Below, piece by piece: positions 58,962-64,000 of a DNA stretch of 64,000 nucleotides. Position numbers and translations under genes: made by a program. Location: NCBI GenBank assembly GCA_040285745.1, contig JAUFOR010000008.1:620001-684000 (forward strand). The letters are read 5' to 3'. Each line of letters begins with the position of its first letter. Position 1 is the first letter of the stretch. The stretch is from Barthelona sp. PCE. Its lineage: Eukaryota. A model generated the notes under the pieces. The model was given only the letters and a program-made list of their open reading frames with translations, made no database searches and was not told the DNA's origin.

Positions 58962-60506
58962 ATGCATTTCTTTTTTGTATCATTATTTGTACTAATTGTA
59001 CACATCACCATTTCAGCATGCCTGTTGGAACTGCAACAAACTATTGGTTTTGTACGGATTGCTGAGCGAGTTTCAGTTTCAGTTATGGTGAATTCTTCAA
59101 ATACACATGTTCAGGATAGTTTTGGGGTGGGGTACGACCACAATGGCTTTGTTCTTGAGAAAGATATTGGTATTAACGCACATTTGCTCAAATCCAATCG
59201 TTTTTTTGATCTGGAATGCTCTGACGTTGAATTCTTTTATGAAGAGGAGTATTTCGGTGAGTGTAGGTCTGAACACGAGTGTTTTTGCGGATTGCGCAAG
59301 ATAAGCGGGAGCTCACAGCATTTTACTTCAACTCGCTGCTTACGCTCTGCAGGTGTTAGTTCTGTGTGTCAAATTGGTCAATTGGTTGACGAAGTCACAG
59401 TGGAAATTGACTACATGGTTGGAGAGGGTAGCTTTCATTTCGTCGTTTACAACACTACCCCTGTCTCTGACGATGATATGGATGTCGAGGCTTTGTTCAC
59501 CGTGAAGCACGAGAACACAATTCCGGACCTATCAGAGTACCGTCTGGTTGATAATTCAATACTTGTACATAATGATCATTTCTGTGATGAATCCATTTCA
59601 AAAAAGAATTGTATTGGTCTCACAGTAGACGAATTCAGCAGGTATATGGAGGAGGACTCTCTGAGATTATCAACTCCACTGGGAACATACGTTTCAATAG
59701 ATCCTGAAAAAAATCAAAACAATCAGTATATTGGTTATGATCTTTCAGGGGTTTTTGAGCAATTTTATATTCGAAATAGCTCACTCATTATTCCATACGG
59801 TAATGATGTAAGAGTACAGGTTACTGTTCCATTAGAGACGGCAAAACCTTCGTACAGTCTTCATGTACCTTACATTGCAACATCAGTGTGGGACATTGAC
59901 GAAAAAAACAGGCCTGTGTTAATGGTTGGTGTAGCTAACGCATCCAGCGGTGAGCAAAAAATGCATGTTCATTTTTGTACGCATGCAACAGGCATGGTTG
60001 AAGTAGTTGATAAGTGGTCATCGCCAATCGTTACAGGATCCCACGTAGCCCACCTAATTCGGCTCCCTTTCTTGCCCAATGATGGGGTTGATTTTATTTG
60101 TGTAATGCGAATGATTTCAGGATCATTATATGACATAGATTTTGATCATACGGTTGTACGGGGACAGTTTGACACCGCACAGTTGCACGAAGAAGCACAA
60201 AAGTACAATGATTTCCAAAAGGAAGAAGAAAATGATATTGGCACAGTTTTAAATGCTTCATTGTCATTGTCGTGTGGCGCAAACGGTGCGTTTGACAACG
60301 CTACACAGGTTTGTGTGTGTGATGAAGGATGGGAAACTAAGTACCACGATGAAGCTTGTGCTTTTGCAGTGCAACTTTCTGGATCGTTGTTGAGCGATAA
60401 GAAGTGGTATAATGACGTTGACACGACATTTGTACTGGCGCTTTCTATCGTATTCGTTACTATTACTTTTGTAATATGTTGCAAAAAAAGGAAAAAAGGA
60501 GTTTAA
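58962..60506 (+). CDS. Type I membrane protein; divergent HAP2/GCS1-like (fusexin) candidate
   Basis: Signal peptide; ordered motifs KS..F.L, CFC, STRCLR, QIG, IPDLSEYRL, KNCIGLT..F; Ig-like domain (LMVGVAN...FC...FIC); EGF-like module; TM; CCKKRKK tail. Confidence 0.55.
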   Translation: MHFFFVSLFVLIVHITISACLLELQQTIGFVRIAERVSVSVMVNSSNTHVQDSFGVGYDHNGFVLEKDIGINAHLLKSNRFFDLECSDVEFFYEEEYFGECRSEHECFCGLRKISGSSQHFTSTRCLRSAGVSSVCQIGQLVDEVTVEIDYMVGEGSFHFVVYNTTPVSDDDMDVEALFTVKHENTIPDLSEYRLVDNSILVHNDHFCDESISKKNCIGLTVDEFSRYMEEDSLRLSTPLGTYVSIDPEKNQNNQYIGYDLSGVFEQFYIRNSSLIIPYGNDVRVQVTVPLETAKPSYSLHVPYIATSVWDIDEKNRPVLMVGVANASSGEQKMHVHFCTHATGMVEVVDKWSSPIVTGSHVAHLIRLPFLPNDGVDFICVMRMISGSLYDIDFDHTVVRGQFDTAQLHEEAQKYNDFQKEEENDIGTVLNASLSLSCGANGAFDNATQVCVCDEGWETKYHDEACAFAVQLSGSLLSDKKWYNDVDTTFVLALSIVFVTITFVICCKKRKKGV

Positions 60507-61195
60507 GTATCAAAAATTTTAGCAGAATCTTCATTTTCATTAAGAAATGATCTGCATACTGAATAAAATGTGTTATACATACTTTTGAAACTTCTATTTT
60601 CCGTCTGAGGAATATCAATCGTGGGAGGTTCATCAACATCAACAATGTCATCATCAAATCCAAATTTGAGGGTTCTGCGGGACTTAACAGCTGAATGTGA
60701 CGTTGAATCCTCGCTATCTTCAAAAGTAGAAGAGTTCTCACTGTGAACAAATTGAGGACTTGAAAAAGGATCAAAACGAGGAAAAAGATGCTCTGGCGTC
60801 TTGTTTGTGGCAAAAGATTTTGCATAGTTTGCAACTAAGGGTGTTGCAATGGCATCAAACATGTGTAATGGCATCCTGCCTGATGAAGTACGTTTTCTTA
60901 GCAGGATAGCTACATCTTTTAGTTCTTTAGAGAACGTAGGATGTAGATTGGGGTTGCCTTTCCCATTCTCTGAACGTACTTTGAAGGCCTTGGATGGGGA
61001 ATTGATTTTTCTTATAAAGAATGATGGAGGTGGGCTAGCCTGGCGAATAGGGCCAAATCCAGGGCTAGGTGCCATCAGGTTTGTGAAATTAGATTGGATA
61101 TGACCTGAAGACATAGAATTTTGTGGTGTCAATAACCCCGAGTGCGCAACCATAGAAATGTGTGATGATATCGGTGATACCTGGCTGGTGAACAT
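60503..61195 (-). CDS. Hypothetical S/P-rich protein
   Basis: 230-aa ORF with many SP sites. Confidence 0.6.
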   Translation of the reverse strand: MFTSQVSPISSHISMVAHSGLLTPQNSMSSGHIQSNFTNLMAPSPGFGPIRQASPPPSFFIRKINSPSKAFKVRSENGKGNPNLHPTFSKELKDVAILLRKRTSSGRMPLHMFDAIATPLVANYAKSFATNKTPEHLFPRFDPFSSPQFVHSENSSTFEDSEDSTSHSAVKSRRTLKFGFDDDIVDVDEPPTIDIPQTENRSFKSMYNTFYSVCRSFLNENEDSAKIFDT

Positions 61196-61480
61196 CGTAA
61201 AGGCTTAGAATGCAAGAAAAAAGTTGAATATAATAAGAAACAGGAAAACGAAGCGACCAACCATTACTCGGAGAATTGTGTTTTTTATGGTTCTTAATAC
61301 TTACAAAAAGATACTATAGTCTATAAATGAGGTGGTAAGGGTCTTGCGGATAAGAAAAGATGCTGCATTGCAAAATACCCTGAGCGATTTTTTTTGTTCA
61401 TTTTGGATATAAAACAACAACTTTTTGAGGTTTACAGAGAATATACCGGCGATTAGAAGACTTGGAAACTTATATTAAGG

Positions 61481-61540
61481 TGTGTTAGAAATATCACTCC
61501 TTTTCATACTTGTGTTAGAAATAGCACTCCTTTTTACACT
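61481..61540. repeat. 30-bp tandem duplication immediately upstream of UTP20
   Basis: TGTGTTAGAAATATCACTCCTTTTCATACT followed by TGTGTTAGAAATAGCACTCCTTTTTACACT; each copy carries CCTTTT. Confidence 0.85.
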
Positions 61541-61555
61541 TTTTTTCACACACAA

Positions 61556-64000
61556 ATGCAGAAGGTATTCATTCACGGTCGTTTCAGATGGCTATCGCGA
61601 TCACAACGTCTCAGTCGAATCGATTTGGGTGAATTTTTGAAGATACAGTCACATTCAAGTGACTATGACGTATTAGACGAGCTACCCAGAGGGTTTAACA
61701 GTTACATACACATCATTTCTGAGGATTGGCGATATAAACTTCGTAGTGGAACGTTTCTTGACTTTTTAAGCAAATATTATGATCATATGCGTTCCATAGA
61801 GCTCCTCATCATTCACAAAGATGCCATCATTAGGGAAATTCTTGATTTTGTCGATCCAAGAACAGTTTCATTGGAATGTGCACTCAATTTACTGTTTGCA
61901 CTGAGCCGTGATCTGTTGCAAGAGTTCCCGCTCATCTATATCATCAAGGAACTGTTGGTACCTGCGAATATTGAAGATACTAATAATGTCAAAGTACTTT
62001 TTGGATTTTTAATGAAATTTTTAAATATTTTTGCAAAAACAATGAAGAAAAAACAAGTTGTTCAACTTTTTAACATTCTTTCCCCCTATCTCAATTCCAA
62101 CAATGCCTTTTTAAGCAGATTTTCTTCAATGGTCTTTGGAGTTCTTTTACGTAAGAAATCTGTAGATAAGCTTGATCGCTTTTTGTTATTTGCGTTTGAG
62201 TTATTCGGCGACAAGATATCTCACCAGGCTCAAGCCCTCTTTTTATTTGAAGGTTTTCGTGGGTTTAAACGAACTTTATCAAGTCGAGCAAACATTATTT
62301 TTGAGTTAATTCTCAATACAGTGACAATAGATTATACAGTAATGCTGCTACTTATGAAGCTTCTCTCAGTGCATACGACATCGGACACAAATAAGCCGAT
62401 TTTGGACATGCTTTTCGGAGCAATCAACTTACCAACGCACTTACCTCAATCGTTGTTATTGGACGCAATCGAAGTATTTGTCTCTGATTTCAGAGGAAAG
62501 AAGTTCAAGCACCATACCGAGTTATACGATTTCGTATTTGGTGTTCTTTCAGATATTTCGAGTGTTTCAGATTTTAATGTCCCAAGTCTCTTAACTTGTA
62601 TCACATTTCTTTGTGTTTCATCCCCAGATAGCCTCGCGCATCGCGTACCAGAGCTCCTGACCGCTGCGGTTGAGCTCCCTTCAAGGATGGTTGTCTCACT
62701 CTGTTTTGGCTTGATTGATAGGGGATCGGTGAACTCACTGGCATTCCTGAACAAGCTAGTGCTGAAGGATGTTCCGCTATTGGATAAAATTGCATGTTGC
62801 TTTGCTAGTATCGGACACAAGGTGAGTTTCTCACTACGCCCACTTCGACTTTTAAAGTTTTCAGCAAAAGCTGATTCATTCATTCAGGAGCTCGTTGACA
62901 ATGTTAGCAACAAAGACGATGGGCTATTTGGCTTTTCATTGGGAGAGATCGCAGTTGATATCCTGCTTCACATTGCATTTTCTGATGATAATGTTGCTTA
63001 TCTTAGGGAGCATACAAAAGATTGCACAGATCCCAACGTTCTCTTTCTGCGCCACTCAAATGGGTGCAGTTTGCCCAAGGTCACCGTTGCTGATGTAGAT
63101 CTTGCTGATGTCGCTTGGCTCCGTCTCGTTTGCTGTGACACAGGTGTTGCCCCTGCTCTCACACTACCCGATTTATTGCCGCTGTTTGGACACCCATCGC
63201 GCGTTGTTCGTCATCTGGTCTGTTTAGTTGCAAAATCGCGCTTTGCTTCATCGGAAGAGGAAGAGCTTGTTTTGCAACACTTAATCGATATCCAAGCCAC
63301 TGCACACACCGTTGAACGTTCTAAGGACAATGTTGCATCTATCCTTGCAGTCGGTGCTCTTGTTGAATTCAAGAGAATATCTACTGAATTTATTGAAGTT
63401 GTTTTCTATTCCGTCATCGGTCTAATGTTTGATGGATTTAAGCCCATTCAGCGCCACCTTCAGCGCTGTGTTGCACTTTGCTCGCGTACAATGACACAGT
63501 CATCAATCATTGAGCTAGCTGCTTTACTACATAAGACGGCTCATTCGTCCAATCTTTTGAACCTGGAAGAGGTCAAAGCTGTGGATTACACACCCACAGG
63601 AAGAGGTAAGCGGTCGAAGGTAAACATCCTTGACGGTTACGAACCTGAGGCAGTCGATTTGGATGAGTACATCACCAAAAACATCGAATACAACGTCGCA
63701 AACATGCTCATTTCGCTTAATGCACGTATGCGCACGGAGAATGATGACTACGATCACGTACTCAGACTGAAAAATATCATCTCTCCTGATCAGGTAGAAA
63801 CACTGCAGAAAATGTCTGATCACCGTCGTGTAGGCCGCGCAATGAACGTACTAGTTAACTTCTTTGAGAGCCTTCTGTCGACCGAGCACGATTTTGAGTT
63901 CTCAGTCAATTCAGCCTTTCGCGACATGGCCATTTCACTCTTCTGTCTCATGATTCACGAACAATTTGAACCTGCCTTCTCAATGTACCTGTTGGACGAA
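61556..64000 (+). CDS. UTP20: UTP20 (SSU processome HEAT-repeat protein), 5' part, runs off the window
   Basis: Manual translation MQKVFIHGRFRWLSRSQRLSRID...SY...W...LLIIHKDAII...LLFALSRDLLQEF matches the UTP20 N-terminal pattern; the same frame is coding-like at the window end. Confidence 0.7.
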   Translation, partial: MQKVFIHGRFRWLSRSQRLSRIDLGEFLKIQSHSSDYDVLDELPRGFNSYIHIISEDWRYKLRSGTFLDFLSKYYDHMRSIELLIIHKDAIIREILDFVDPRTVSLECALNLLFALSRDLLQEFPLIYIIKELLVPANIEDTNNVKVLFGFLMKFLNIFAKTMKKKQVVQLFNILSPYLNSNNAFLSRFSSMVFGVLLRKKSVDKLDRFLLFAFELFGDKISHQAQALFLFEGFRGFKRTLSSRANIIFELILNTVTIDYTVMLLLMKLLSVHTTSDTNKPILDMLFGAINLPTHLPQSLLLDAIEVFVSDFRGKKFKHHTELYDFVFGVLSDISSVSDFNVPSLLTCITFLCVSSPDSLAHRVPELLTAAVELPSRMVVSLCFGLIDRGSVNSLAFLNKLVLKDVPLLDKIACCFASIGHKVSFSLRPLRLLKFSAKADSFIQELVDNVSNKDDGLFGFSLGEIAVDILLHIAFSDDNVAYLREHTKDCTDPNVLFLRHSNGCSLPKVTVADVDLADVAWLRLVCCDTGVAPALTLPDLLPLFGHPSRVVRHLVCLVAKSRFASSEEEELVLQHLIDIQATAHTVERSKDNVASILAVGALVEFKRISTEFIEVVFYSVIGLMFDGFKPIQRHLQRCVALCSRTMTQSSIIELAALLHKTAHSSNLLNLEEVKAVDYTPTGRGKRSKVNILDGYEPEAVDLDEYITKNIEYNVANMLISLNARMRTENDDYDHVLRLKNIISPDQVETLQKMSDHRRVGRAMNVLVNFFESLLSTEHDFEFSVNSAFRDMAISLFCLMIHEQFEPAFSMYLLDE

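Noticed and set aside
1-64000. Alternative genetic code (TAA/TAG = Gln as in hexamitid diplomonads) or stop codons created by polyadenylation
   Set aside because: Conserved genes have no in-frame stops once introns are removed and end at genomic TAA, TAG or TGA at the expected positions.

Overview
Gene-dense, intron-poor nuclear DNA from a flagellated, probably anaerobic microbial eukaryote. Intron signals, promoter motifs and a class F flavodiiron protein all look metamonad-like, but the taxon is an inference. About 43 protein genes are packed with very short intergenic gaps and use the standard genetic code. Recognisable genes include calcineurin B-like, MCM7, PA2G4, a GT90 glycosyltransferase, RNF212/Zip3, NOT3, ARL16, a flavodiiron-rubredoxin-reductase fusion, UTP23, centrin-3, TRM7/FTSJ1, RRP9, an SCP phosphatase, RP2, eIF4A, CHMP5, a USP, a HAD phosphatase, eL43, adenosine deaminase, MSH4, gamma-tubulin and partial UTP20. 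Manual reading added several things the ORF track misses: six spliceosomal introns that all end in the same fixed 12-nt branch-point/acceptor block; a clear box C/D snoRNA for SSU Am27/28; a U17/snR30-like candidate; five convergent gene pairs whose stop codons overlap in a 4-nt palindrome; and candidate promoter (CCCTTT) and poly(A) (WGTAAA) motifs. The most striking protein-level observation is a short, divergent HAP2/GCS1-like fusogen in the same window as the meiotic genes MSH4 and RNF212. All family calls are by-eye motif recognition, not database searches. No CRISPR array, tRNA, rRNA or mobile element was recognised.
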